Below, in pieces: positions 38,677 through 48,882 of a stretch of DNA of 64,000 nucleotides. The notes below the pieces were generated by a model. It saw only the letters and a list, made by a program, of their open reading frames with translations. It was not told where the DNA came from and ran no database searches. Positions within the stretch are counted from its first letter, which is position 1. Each line of letters opens with the position of its first letter. The position numbers and the translations under genes were made by a program. This DNA is from an uncultured Nitrososphaerota archaeon (GTDB lineage: Archaea > Thermoproteota > Nitrososphaeria > Nitrososphaerales > Gagatemarchaeaceae). Location: NCBI GenBank assembly GCA_963806765.1, contig CAWDYS010000002.1, positions 566,318-630,317 on the forward strand, read 5' to 3'.

Positions 38677-39570
38677 TTGAGCGGATTAAAGGTCCCTCCA
38701 GACCGCGGGTCGGTCTTGCTTCAACTCGAGATTTCGAAGGTGTTCGTCAGCGGGGTTAACGTGCGACGGAGCCCCGGAGATGTGGGAGATCTCATGCAGT
38801 CGATCAGCGAGAAGGGCATACTCGAGCCCCTCCTGGTGAGGCCGGTCGAGGACCGCTACGAGCTGATCGTGGGCTCCCGGAGGTTCGAGGCGGCGAAGCG
38901 GCTGGGCTTGAAGGAGGTACCGGCCATCGTCAGGGCGATGGGGGACGAGGACGCCCTCATCGTCTCGCTGGTCGAGAATGTCCAGCGAAAGGACGTGGAG
39001 CCCGAGGAGGAGTACGACGCCCTGATGAAGCTCAAGAAGCTGAATCCGGCGCTCTACTCCACGGTGGACCAGCTGGCCAGGGCTATAGGCAAGTCGCGTT
39101 CGTACGTCGAGGACCGCGTCGCCGCGGTCGAGACGGTCAGGACGATCCGGAGGGGGTCGAAGAAGTCGACCATCGCCGTCATGCAGTCTCCGACGAGGGA
39201 GGAGAGGAAGGAGGGCGTCCTGCCGATCAAGCATGCCGCGTTCCTTCACAGGGCCGAGGAGGCGCCGCTGGTCCAGAAGCTCCCGGAGGAGAAGCGCGCG
39301 AGGAAACTGTCCGCGCTGGCCGAGACGATCGCCGAGCTCCCCAGACGCGAGGCCCAGGAGGTCGTGGAGCGCTTCGTCAGGGCCCCGCAGAGGCCCATCG
39401 AGGAGATTAAGAGGGAGACCGAGGCGCTTCACGCGTCCAAGATCGAGCTCGTGCTGGACCCCAGAGTCGCCGACGGTCTCAGGAGGGCCGCCGAGGAGAG
39501 GAAGACGACCATGGAAGCGATAGCAGCTCTCGCAATTCACTCTTGGCTAAGGCAGAACAAGTACGACTAG
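38677..39570 (+). CDS. ParB/Srx N-terminal-domain protein (ParB-like nuclease/partition family)
   Basis: ISKVFVSGVNVRRSPGDVGDLMQSISEKGILEPLLVRP...YELIVGSRRFEAAKRLGLKEVPAIV...VENVQRKDV is the ParB box pattern. Confidence 0.8.
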   Translation: MSGLKVPPDRGSVLLQLEISKVFVSGVNVRRSPGDVGDLMQSISEKGILEPLLVRPVEDRYELIVGSRRFEAAKRLGLKEVPAIVRAMGDEDALIVSLVENVQRKDVEPEEEYDALMKLKKLNPALYSTVDQLARAIGKSRSYVEDRVAAVETVRTIRRGSKKSTIAVMQSPTREERKEGVLPIKHAAFLHRAEEAPLVQKLPEEKRARKLSALAETIAELPRREAQEVVERFVRAPQRPIEEIKRETEALHASKIELVLDPRVADGLRRAAEERKTTMEAIAALAIHSWLRQNKYD

Positions 39571-39824
39571 CTGGTCTCCCTCGAGTTTGAGATAGCCGTA
39601 CTGGCTGAGGAGGTCGTCGCAGATGTTGCCAGAGCCCACGTTCTCGTTGAAGCGGCCGCAATGGTACGACCGGCCCCTGATGCTGAAAGCCTTGCGGCTC
39701 TCGTATGAGTGTCCGTTGGTGTACGGAATTGTTCCGAGGTTCAGCGGCTCCATGCTCGAATACCACAAGTGGGCAGTTAAGCACCAGCACTCGGAGGCCG
39801 CTGGGACTTGAGCCAGCCGTCGAC

Positions 39825-42800
39825 TCAGGAAGAGGCTTGGCCTCGGCGCCTCTGAGCCAAGGCAGCAGCCACGAGAGTGACTAGCGCGACAGCAATCGGG
39901 GCCAACATTGCGTCCGTGGTTGCAATCGAGCTGCTGCTGCCCGCTGAGCTGGCCGACGATGCCGTCGAGGTCACCGATGACGATGCCGCGGGGGTGGTTG
40001 AGGTAGTGACCGTCGTCGCGCCCACCTCGAGTATCCCGTTCTGGATTGTCACCTGTGCCGACTGGAGCGTCCCCGCTGCCATGCTGCCATCCACGGTCTT
40101 CGTTGACATGACCGTCCCGTTCTGCACCACCGTGTACGTGAGGGTGTAGGCCTCGGTGGACTCCTCCATTGCGGTCCCGTCCACCACCGTCGTGAAGCTC
40201 TGGACGCTCGGCGGGAGTGCGATGACCACCGTCCCGTTCCCAAAGTCGAGATAGTACGAGCCCGGGATGACCTCTATCGCCGTGCGCGAGATGTTCAGCA
40301 GCGCGGGGTTGTAGCCCGTGTGGCCTCCCGTCGAGTTGTACACGTTCAGGTAGAGCTCGATGTCCCGGATGGTTGACCGTTATGAGCGTCCAGGTGTCCG
40401 TGGACGCGGAGTGGTTCACGTTCCGCATCAGGGGGAACCAGTTCGCGGCGCCGGGGAAGCTGAGCTGTGCTTCGACCGACGAGTAGGTCTGGAAGCCTCT
40501 CTCGAAGACCTGGGCCTCCGGGAACAGGAGCACGGTGAGCCCTCCGTACATCATCGAAGTCGTCGTGTTGGCGATCACGGCGGCCTTCACGGCCTGCACG
40601 ACGGCACTGGCCGCGGTCCTCACGCTCTGGTCCGTTATCCCTGAGTTCAGGATGTTCTGGGCAAGGCTCCTCACGTCGAGGTAGGGGTCGGTTCCGTCGC
40701 ACTTCACCGTCTTAGCCAGCACCTGCAGCATCGTCTGGTTGAACTGCTGGCTCTTGGTCCCGTAGTCCCTGACCAGGGCGGTGGAGAGCGAGTTCAGCCC
40801 GGACACGACCCCCTGCAGCTGCGACGAGTCGATGGCCGCGAGGGTCGGTATCTCTCCCGCCACGGACATGTAGTATGGCGTCGTGTACTTCGCGCGGAAC
40901 GTGCTGACTATCGTGTTGAGGTAGGTCACCGTAGCCTGGTCGGGGCTGCTGAGCAGTGCGGTGAGGAACCCCGTGTAGTCGTAGCCGCCCGACTGCGCGG
41001 TACGCTCGGAGGCCGTGAAGTAGGACGCGTCAGCTCCTCAGCTGGTAGAGGACTTCCACCTGCGACATGAGGCAGGCGTCGAAGGAGAAGATGTCCAGCT
41101 TCGGCGAGATCCCGCTGAGGGCGGTCGCAAGTTCCGGGATGGAAAGGTAGCCCGTGGTGCTCACCTTGCCGAAGCCCAGGATTCCGGAGCCGTGGTCGGT
41201 CAGGATGAGCTGGTTCCTGTCCGCCGAGACCATCCCCATCGCCGTGGTCAGGAAGGCGTGCAGCGTCGCGGGGTCGAAGATGTTCGTCTGGGACCAGACG
41301 CCGCCGACCTGGGTCACGGAGCCGTTCGCGACCCTGTACAGCGCTATCGTCCCTGTGGGCTGGATTGCGGTTCCGGGGAAGCTTGTCGGGGAGTCTGCGT
41401 ACCAGAGCACGAGGATGCCCACGGCCGGGTTGTCGTTGACCTTCGTCGCCGCGGCCATCTCGAGCACGTTCCCTCTTATGTCAAGATGGAACTCCGGGAA
41501 CGGCGCGCAGTACATCATGATCAGCCACTTCGCCTTCAGCAGGCTAACCAGTACCTTCGTGTTCTGCGTCTGCCCGTTGCTCGACGCGACCACGGTGAGT
41601 GTGTAGTTCTGAGGGAGCTGGGTCCCTCCGGGCTGCATGCAGTTGCCCACCACGCAGTTGAGCGTCGCGTTGACCTGCACGGGGGACGACCCCTTGGACG
41701 AAGGCTGTATGTCAGCGGTGCCGGTGAAGCCGCCAGCGCCCACTGGCCTGAAAGTGAGCGTCAGCCCCTTCGGGAAGTTCTGGCCCTGCGCGACCGCGAT
41801 ATGGATCGGGGCCGTGAGGCTCAGGTTGCTGTAGTTCACGGAGATGGTCGCGTAGGCCGGCTCCGTGGGATACACAGAGACCGTCGATGAGGTCGGGGAC
41901 CCGGTCAGAAGGACGGACGACCAGTACGCCTCGTTGGCCCCCCTGCCGGAGACGGGCCCTCCTTCCGCCTGCTCCATCACCACGTAGAACGGACCTCCCC
42001 CGACCGAGGTGCTTCCCGTGCCCAGGACGTGTCCCGCCTGGCTTATGCTGTACTTCGCGATCCCCGTCCTGTTCACCGAGATCAGCACCGTGTAGAAGAC
42101 CTTCAGGCTCGGCGTCAGGTACAGCTTCGGTGCCCCCGACCAGCCCCCTGCGCCGCTCCCGGTCTTGACGTCGATGCCGTAATAGCACACGTTGGGCGCT
42201 ATGGTGTCGTTGTACGGGGTCCCGCAGACGGACGGGTTGCCGCAGTCTCCCAGATGACTGCAGTTCTCATCGTTGAGGTTGCCGATTATCGCCAAGCCGG
42301 ACGATGCGGCCGCCGAGGCTATGGCGAATACAAACGTGTGTCCGTTCGATACGATCCCCTCCACTATGGCCGTCACGTTGAACGGCGGCGCGAACGACTG
42401 AACGCTCTGTATCGTGACTAGCTCGCAGTTCCCGGCTACCTCGGCCACCTCCATTCCCGCGGAGGAGAAGGTAGGCTCCAGCGGGACTAGCGAACACGAG
42501 GAGCCGACATCGTCCTGTCCGAAGACCGAGCCGACGGGACCGTTTATCACCCACATGCTCGCGCTGAGGCTCGTGTCTTGGGTGAAGTTGTCAGACAGCA
42601 GGACCTGCTGGGGCTGCAGAGTCGAAGAGGAGGTCGACGTGGCTGCAGAAGCCGTCTGTGGCGGCGAGGGGACGACCAGCAGGGTGACAAAGGACGAGGC
42701 TGTCAGGAGCAGAACCGTCAGGATGACCAAGGCATGGTTTGACCGCGAGAGCCGACCCATACTCTCGCGCAGGCGCTCGGGATACGGCTTACTTACAGCT

Positions 42801-42838
42801 TCCTCCGCCGTCGCGGCGCCCAGCGTCTGCATGCCCAA
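39825..42838 (-). CDS. Large membrane-anchored surface protein with clostripain-like (peptidase C11) domain, at least two frameshifts (about 41032, about 40345)
   Basis: N-terminal anchor helix, about 450-aa beta-rich region, C11 core (ILTDHGSG His, FSFDACLMSQVEV Cys, YQLR-ADASYFTASE across the 41032 shift), S/T-rich stalk and C-terminal helix plus basic tail (APIAVALVTLVAAALAQRRRG). Confidence 0.8.
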
Positions 42839-42883
42839 GCTAATGGCAGCTTGAAGTTCCAGCCTCCATCGCGGCCCAAGGTC

Positions 42884-43175
42884 ATGGCGGTCGAGGCCGA
42901 GGCTCTGGACAACATCAGGGAGGCCATCGAGCTCGTTCTCGAAGATTCGATGAGTCGGGTGAAGCGGGAAGGCGGGAAGCTGGTACAGACTGATTGTCCG
43001 GGCCTAATAGGCTCCCTCTAATGTCGGGCCGTCAGCTAATCAAGACCCTCTCCAACTAAGGTTCAAACCAGTGCGTCAGTGAGGCAACCATGTCTTCATG
43101 AGGCATCCCGACGGCCGCAGGACTGTCGGACAGGGAGTTTACCTCCGGATGCTGTGCTGGGCCTGGCTCCACGAC
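42884..43175 (+). pseudogene. Decayed hicB-hicA pair
   Basis: HicB C-terminal fragment (MAVEAEALDNIREAIELVLED...), then from ATG 43021 MSGRQLIKTLSN* / GSNQCVS / ...VFMRHPDGRRTV: HicA-like, with an in-frame stop and frameshifts. Confidence 0.5.
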
Positions 43176-43469
43176 GTTGCCCCAACCGACCACACGGGTC
43201 TCATCTCGTGGAACGGCACCGAGAGGGCCGCGTACCAGGTGTGGAAGTCGCTCGCGTCCTCCCGAGGCTGAACCCCCGTTCTGACCAGGGGACAGTCACA
43301 CGGCGACGACAAAGCCGTAGAGAAGAAAGTTTATCACTAACGAAGCGATTTCCCATACGAACAGCAGATGAAATCGGTGAGAGAAAAGGAAGCTCAGTCT
43401 CCCCTTGAAGACTTGGGAGGACAATACAAGTGTCCACCTCGGGACAGACATAGCGGGGTTGGAAAATAG

Positions 43470-44237
43470 ATGCCCATCAAGATACAGCGGTATGGCTGGG
43501 TCCCCGACCTGCCGGATCGCCGGGACTATCTCTACTCGGCTGAGACCGCAGTCCTGCAGACGCTTCCCAGAAGAGTCGACCTGAGAGCGCAGTGCCCACC
43601 GGTGTACAACCAGGGGCAGACTGAGGCAGCTGCACCGCAAACAGCATAGCGGGAGCGGTCGAGTTTGATCTAATGAAGGAGAAGCAGAAGTCTGTCTGGA
43701 TCCCATCGAGGCTCTTCATCTACTACAACGAGCGCGTGATTGAAGGGACCGTGGGGACGGACTCAGGAGCTCAGATTCGCGACGGCATAAAGAGCGTGTC
43801 AGGACAGGGAGACTGCCCGGAACCGCTCTGGCCCTACGACATCGCCAAGTTCGCGACCAAACCTCCTGCAACCTGCTATCAACAGGCCAAGAAGTACAAG
43901 GCGGTCCAATACCAAAGGCTCCAGCAAGACCCGAGCCAGATGAAGGGGTGCCTGAGCTTCAGGGTTCCCCTTTGTCTTCGGTTTCACTGTCTACAACAGC
44001 TTCGAAGGTCAACAGGTGGCAAAAACCGGCCACGTCCCAATGCCATCACCGAAAGAAAAGGCCATCGGAGGACACGCGGTGATGGCGGTCGGGTACGACG
44101 ACTCCCAAAGCTGGTTCATAGTGCGGAATTCCTGGGGAGCCGGATGGGGGATGAAGGGGTACTTCACACTCCCGTACGAGTATCTGCTCGACCAGAACCT
44201 GAGCAGTGACTTCTGGACGATTCGGCTGGTCATGTAG
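43470..44237 (+). CDS. Papain-family (C1) cysteine peptidase, two frameshifts (about 43622, about 43960-44015)
   Basis: YNQGQ-(shift)-GSCTANSIAGAVEF (catalytic Cys), then GGHAVMAVGYDD (His) and VRNSWGAGWGMKGYF (Asn-Ser-Trp). Confidence 0.8.
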
Positions 44238-44315
44238 ATCGCGAAGCAGGACGACGGCAGCGGCGCATCGACTGCCGGAGCGGGAAGGCCGTCTAACTCG
44301 CCTTTTCCTCCCTAT

Positions 44316-45404
44316 CTACCTCCAGCTGCTCAAGGTCTCCAAGTCTGAGGAGCCCCGCTCCAGCCCGGACACCCTGACCCCGACAAGCCTCACGGCCTCT
44401 CCTCTCGATTCGAACTCCTTCAGGAGGTCTTTGGCGGTTTGCCTGAGAACCTCCTCACTGTCTGTGTAGCCGGGAAGGGTCCTCTCCCTGGTGTGAGTCT
44501 CGAAGTGGCTGAACCTGATCTTTATGCCCGCGACCCTGTACCTCACCCCAGCCTGGGCCACCCTGCCTGCGAGCTCGTGCGCAGCACCCTCTGCCTCGGC
44601 GTAGACCCTCCCGAACTCCTGTGTGTCCTCCCTGAAGGTCCGCTCGACGGCGAGGGACTTCGGCATCTCCCTGGCGCGCACGGGCATCATCTCCTGCGCG
44701 TGCGCGACGCCCCAGAGCCAGACGCCCGTCTTTCCGAACCACTCCAGGAGCTGCTTCCCGGACACCGCCTGCAGCTGGGCTATGGTCTCGACGCCGCGCG
44801 CTCCCAAGAAGGCCTGGGTCTTCTTCCCCACGCCCGGGATGACGGACACGGGGAGGGGGGCCAGGAACGCTGCCGCGGAGTCAAGAGGGACCACCGTCAG
44901 GCCGTCCGGCTTCTGTAGGTCGGAGGCAATCTTCGCCGAAGACTTGTTGGGACCGATCCCGATTGAGCAGGAGAGGCCGTGGACGTCGCGCACGGTCTCC
45001 TTGACCACCAGGGCGAGCTGCTCCGCTTCCACCGCATTACTGGCCCGACCGCTCACGTCCAGGAATGCTTCGTCGATGCCCGTCTGCTCGAAGGAATCGC
45101 CGAATCCCTTCAGCGTCCCCATCACCTCCCCCGAGACGCGCTCGTAGAGCTCGAAGTTCGGCCGCAGGTAGACCGCCTGGGGGCAGAGCCTCCACGCGCG
45201 CGATATGGGCATCCCGGACTTCAGACCGGACCTCCGGGCCTCGTAGGAGCACGTGACGACCACGCCCCTGCCCCTGCCCTGCTCGGGGTCGGCCCCGACG
45301 ACGACGGGCAGCCCCCGGAGAGCCGTGTTCTCCCTCGCCTCGACCGAGACGTAGAACGCGTCGAGGTCCACGTGGAAGATAATCCGGCGCGTCTCTTGCT
45401 GCAT
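44316..45404 (-). CDS. dinB: Y-family DNA polymerase IV (Dpo4/DinB)
   Basis: IIFHVDLDAFYVSVE..., SYEARRSGLKSGMP, IDEAFLDV, little-finger region. 362 aa, intact. Confidence 0.9.
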   Translation of the reverse strand: MQQETRRIIFHVDLDAFYVSVEARENTALRGLPVVVGADPEQGRGRGVVVTCSYEARRSGLKSGMPISRAWRLCPQAVYLRPNFELYERVSGEVMGTLKGFGDSFEQTGIDEAFLDVSGRASNAVEAEQLALVVKETVRDVHGLSCSIGIGPNKSSAKIASDLQKPDGLTVVPLDSAAAFLAPLPVSVIPGVGKKTQAFLGARGVETIAQLQAVSGKQLLEWFGKTGVWLWGVAHAQEMMPVRAREMPKSLAVERTFREDTQEFGRVYAEAEGAAHELAGRVAQAGVRYRVAGIKIRFSHFETHTRERTLPGYTDSEEVLRQTAKDLLKEFESRGEAVRLVGVRVSGLERGSSDLETLSSWR

Positions 45405-45411
45405 GGTGCGC

Positions 45412-46257
45412 CTAGAACCCCGTGAGCGTCCCCTGGCCAGAGTCCGCCGGTCCGGGTGCCTGCTTGTCCTTCCAGTCCATCTCTATCATCCCGAGCAGCC
45501 TCCTGAATTCGTTGACCGACTCCGGGCCGAAGCCCGCGAAGTGGTTGTTGAAGAAGACGTAGGCGCTGTCGAGGGAGCCGCCCTTCTCCTGGAGGTTCGC
45601 GGCCCACCTCTCCATGTCCGCCCTGCGCTCCTTCTGTTTACCCGTGAACTCGGTGATGTCCCGCTCGCCGACCATGCGCAGGACGGTGAAATCCGCCGTG
45701 ACCTCGGCGGGGGTCTCGAGGTACTGGTTGAGCGACCAGGTCATCGCGACGTTGTGCTTCTCGAGCAGCTTGTAGACCTCCGGGGTGAACCACGATTTGT
45801 GCCTGAACTCGATGGAGTGCCTGTACTTCGGGCTGAGGAACTCCACGAACTTCCTCATCGCCGGCATGTGCTTGTCCAGCTTGACCGAGGGAGGCAGCTG
45901 CGCGACGATGGGGCCGAGCTTCGGACCGAGCTTGCCGACGACGCTGTAGAAGTAGGTCAGCGTGCTCTCGAAGTCCTCCAGCTTGTTGTCGTGGGTGATC
46001 TTCTTGGAGAGCTTCGGGCTGAAGACGAAGCCCTCCGGCGTCGCCCTCTTCCACTGCTCTATCATGAACTGGTTTGGGATCCTGTAGAAGCTCGAGTCGA
46101 TCTCGACGCAGTCGAAGACCCGGGAGTAGAACCTCAGGTAGTCCTTGGCCGGGAGGTCCTTCGAGTAGAACGGGCCGGCCCAGTCCTTGTACGACCAGCC
46201 GCTGCAGCCTACCCTCACCTTCTTCGCGAGAGACAACGTGGCCAATCTCGCTCCCAC
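45412..46257 (-). CDS. DUF72 (YecE/UPF0759) family protein
   Basis: VGCSGWSYKDWAGPFY...FDCVEIDSSFYRIP...SIEFRHKSW...FFNNH is the DUF72 signature. Intact. Confidence 0.85.
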   Translation of the reverse strand: MGARLATLSLAKKVRVGCSGWSYKDWAGPFYSKDLPAKDYLRFYSRVFDCVEIDSSFYRIPNQFMIEQWKRATPEGFVFSPKLSKKITHDNKLEDFESTLTYFYSVVGKLGPKLGPIVAQLPPSVKLDKHMPAMRKFVEFLSPKYRHSIEFRHKSWFTPEVYKLLEKHNVAMTWSLNQYLETPAEVTADFTVLRMVGERDITEFTGKQKERRADMERWAANLQEKGGSLDSAYVFFNNHFAGFGPESVNEFRRLLGMIEMDWKDKQAPGPADSGQGTLTGF

Positions 46258-46387
46258 GATAATAAAGGTGACTCATCCCTGTCTTCAGAACCTTACCGCG
46301 GCTCTGCACGTACATCAGAACCAGGACGTCTGTGGGAAGTGATTGGCAGGCTCCTTCTACTGGGCTTATTGCGCGACTCACTCGGTT

Positions 46388-46440
46388 AATCTTGAACAGA
46401 TGTTGACCTAATCTTGAACAGATACTGACCGAATCTTGAA
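46388..46440. promoter_or_regulatory. 2.5 tandem copies of a 22-bp unit (AATCTTGAACAGATRYTGACCT), candidate operator array
   Basis: AATCTTGAA starts at 46388, 46410 and 46432 (exact 22-nt phasing), just upstream of the Tat-signal protein gene. A related GACCAATCTTGAA is at 48301-48313. Confidence 0.5.
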
Positions 46441-46559
46441 AGATGTCTAAAAGCAGGAACGCGATCGCAGTCGTCATGCAACAAAATGAAGTGGCGGACG
46501 ATTCCGGGAAGTCAGAGGAAAAAGACCCTTCTCATGCTGAGTCCTTTGCGGGCGGACTG

Positions 46560-47747
46560 ATGTCAAGGCGCACAGCTTTGACCACGGCCGGAAAAGCCGC
46601 AATAGGCGTCGCTGCGGGACTGGCCGTGCTCGGCGCCGGAGGCACCGCAGCCGCAGCTGTGCAAGGGAAAGGAGAAGTATCAGCAGCAGTGCAACCTGCA
46701 GCCAAGCCGGCGAGCGGCTTGAACTTTCCCGGTTCAGCCAACAACCCGCCCTCGACCGGAATCTTTGCCTACAAGATCCCTTCAGCCTTGAGCGTCGACA
46801 TCTCGCACGAGACGGTGACGCTGCCCCTCTACAAAGGCCTCACTGCCGACGGCGAGGACACCTGGTACATCGTCACAGACTCCTCGGACCAGAACGATGC
46901 CACCCAACGAGGCGTGAACTACTCGAACAAGCTCCTGAACGCCCTCGGCACAGCGGCGGTCCAGAATGGCAGTTTCGACGGTGACGCCCTCGTCTTCCAA
47001 GGGACCGTCAACTTCGGCCTGACGCGCGTCCTCGTGCCAGATCCAGACAATGGCTTCCCGCCCGTTTCGCTGGCGCCCGGCGCCATGGGCGACGCGTTCT
47101 ACAGCCCCCTCGTCCGCGTCGTCAACGGAGCGGGGGAGGACCTAGTCCTCAACGCGCCGCAGGTCGCCAACAACACCGGCTCGAGCGGCAGCGTCGTGGA
47201 CATAGACTACCAGGGCGGGACGGTGACCCTCTCGATGCTCTCAGGCTGGGTCGACGGCCAGTTCACCGGCTACCTCCGAACCGACGCATCCATACCATTG
47301 GTCGCCGCCATAGAGCGGAGCACGCTAGCGCCCAATCTCAACGCCGCGCCGGGAGTCGCCAACGACGAGCCGCCGTCCTCACGGGCCGCCATCATCCCGG
47401 TCATCAACGGCATCCGGGGCGACTCGTATCCGATGCGACAGGGCCTCGAGTCTGCTCTCCTCGGTCAGGGCGACCCATTCAACGTCGCGCAGGAGCAGCC
47501 CAGCGACCCGGTCCACTACACGCCTATCTGGGACGTGACCCCCGTGATGTGGACCGCCGCAGCGATTGCCGCCGGTAACCGCGTGCTGCTCCGTTCCCAG
47601 GACGACGTCTTGACTGAGGCCGACGCCGGGAACATCGTGAGCGCCCTCCCGGGCACGCCCAACGCTGGACTGGGGGGCATAAACGCAATCGGCGCCATCT
47701 CCAACTGTCCAATCATAGTCGTCTTCCCAGGCAGGGATTACGACTAG
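46560..47747 (+). CDS. Tat-signal secreted protein, unknown function
   Basis: MSRRTALTTAGKAAIGVAAGLAVLGAGG is a twin-arginine signal. The 380-aa mature part has no recognisable motif. An upstream in-frame ATG 46443 is also possible. Confidence 0.6.
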   Translation: MSRRTALTTAGKAAIGVAAGLAVLGAGGTAAAAVQGKGEVSAAVQPAAKPASGLNFPGSANNPPSTGIFAYKIPSALSVDISHETVTLPLYKGLTADGEDTWYIVTDSSDQNDATQRGVNYSNKLLNALGTAAVQNGSFDGDALVFQGTVNFGLTRVLVPDPDNGFPPVSLAPGAMGDAFYSPLVRVVNGAGEDLVLNAPQVANNTGSSGSVVDIDYQGGTVTLSMLSGWVDGQFTGYLRTDASIPLVAAIERSTLAPNLNAAPGVANDEPPSSRAAIIPVINGIRGDSYPMRQGLESALLGQGDPFNVAQEQPSDPVHYTPIWDVTPVMWTAAAIAAGNRVLLRSQDDVLTEADAGNIVSALPGTPNAGLGGINAIGAISNCPIIVVFPGRDYD

Positions 47748-47938
47748 CTCGATTGCTTCGTGACACGACCTAGTCACATCCCGAGAGGGGCGGACTAGCA
47801 AGGTGAAGAGCGGCGACCCGACTCGCTGCATTCAGCCTTGGAAAGACTAGCTCCCGCGCCCTCTCTGCCCGTTTATGCAGCAAATCCTGATCGCTATCTT
47901 CTTCCAGTAGTTCTGTCAAGGAGCGAAATCGACCAGGG

Positions 47939-48253
47939 TCATCTCGGTTCGTCGAGCTTGAAATTGAGCTTCGCGCAGACGTCGTCGAAGATCTCCATAT
48001 GGGCTTCCAGCCACGGGTGAATGAAGTATGTCACCCCGTAGGACTCACCGGTTGAGTCGACAAGGGAGTTCTTCTTCAGGATCTCCATGTGATGCTGCAC
48101 CGTCCTGTACTCCATCCCTATCCGCTTCGAGAGCTGGTTCATGTTCCCGGGCTGGTTCCTGAGCTGATGGAGGAGCCGCGCCCTGGTCTCCCCTCCCCTG
48201 GTCGCGCCAAGGAAGTACCACAGGAGACGACGCAGGTCCGGGTTGTCCTGCAC
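47939..48253 (-). CDS. ArsR/winged-helix transcriptional regulator
   Basis: ETRARLLHQLRNQPGNMNQLSKRIGMEYRTVQHHMEILKKNSLV is a classic ArsR-type HTH. Confidence 0.75.
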   Translation of the reverse strand: MQDNPDLRRLLWYFLGATRGGETRARLLHQLRNQPGNMNQLSKRIGMEYRTVQHHMEILKKNSLVDSTGESYGVTYFIHPWLEAHMEIFDDVCAKLNFKLDEPR

Positions 48254-48296
48254 GAGCTCTGCGGCTGACCCTTCGTATTTATTTCTTGGAGCAAAT

Positions 48297-48313
48297 CTGC
48301 GACCAATCTTGAA
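48297..48313. promoter_or_regulatory. Single copy of the GACC-N-AATCTTGAA motif in the divergent regulator/membrane-protein promoter region
   Basis: CTGCGACCAATCTTGAA compared with CTGACCGAATCTTGAA at 46425-46440. Confidence 0.4.
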
Positions 48314-48368
48314 ATAAACTTATACGCCTGAAGAGGGAAACCCGATTAAAGGCTCAAGGACAACAATT

Positions 48369-48650
48369 TTGGACCCCCTCATGGAAGTAGCGATAGTGTT
48401 CTCCGGCCTCAACGCCTTCATACTAGTCGCCCTGCTCTACTTCTACGCGCGCATCGCCATCAAAAGCAGGGCTGCCCACTCGGTGGGCATGATGTTCTTC
48501 GCGCTCCTGCTCCTCGCCAACAGCGTCCTGACGGTCTACTCCTACTCCGCGATGTCCACGCTTTTCGGAGGCGTGACCCTCCCATACCTCTCGGCGATAT
48601 CCGTCCTCGAGTTCTTCGGTCTTGCGGCGCTCCTCAAGGTAACACTGTAG
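48369..48650 (+). CDS. Small three-helix membrane protein
   Basis: 93 aa, three hydrophobic helices, divergent from the wHTH regulator. Confidence 0.55.
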   Translation: MDPLMEVAIVFSGLNAFILVALLYFYARIAIKSRAAHSVGMMFFALLLLANSVLTVYSYSAMSTLFGGVTLPYLSAISVLEFFGLAALLKVTL

Positions 48651-48882
48651 TCGTCGGTCCGCGCGGCGCTTTCCCCCTTCGGTCAGAGATAAGTCGCCTA
48701 GGACCAATTCAACATCTCTCGGATTGTCGACTTCGCGGATGTAAGGCGCGGTCTGTCGTTCTCCTCGAATCCATGAATATTCTCTGCTTTCAGACCTTGT
48801 TTCCTGTAATTTCAGAATTCGCATAACACATACGTTATAGTTAAATATGAATTATCTAACATAGTCTCAGGTTAAGAGTAAT

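Noticed and set aside
23000-39600. Integrase, transposase or casposase gene that could explain the aEF-2-flanked cassette array
   Set aside because: Every ORF of 60 aa or more on both strands in and around the array was inspected. None shows tyrosine/serine recombinase, DDE or Cas1-like motifs, so the array cannot be called a classical integrative element from this window alone.
39547-39824. C-terminal part of track ORF 39547..40929, taken as a separate 460-aa protein
   Set aside because: Downstream of about 40345 this frame becomes R/G/H-rich nonsense. The real continuation (S/T stalk plus C-terminal anchor) is in frame 39825..40343.
45403-46389. 328-aa plus-strand ORF, and 45638..46477 on the minus strand, overlapping the DUF72 gene
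   Set aside because: Antisense or alternative-frame ORFs with R/L/E/P bias. The DUF72 signature is intact in frame 45412..46257 (-).
46388-46453. Possible CRISPR array, because of tandem direct repeats
   Set aside because: Only 2.5 contiguous 22-bp units with no spacers, and no cas genes in the window. A promoter-proximal operator array fits better.
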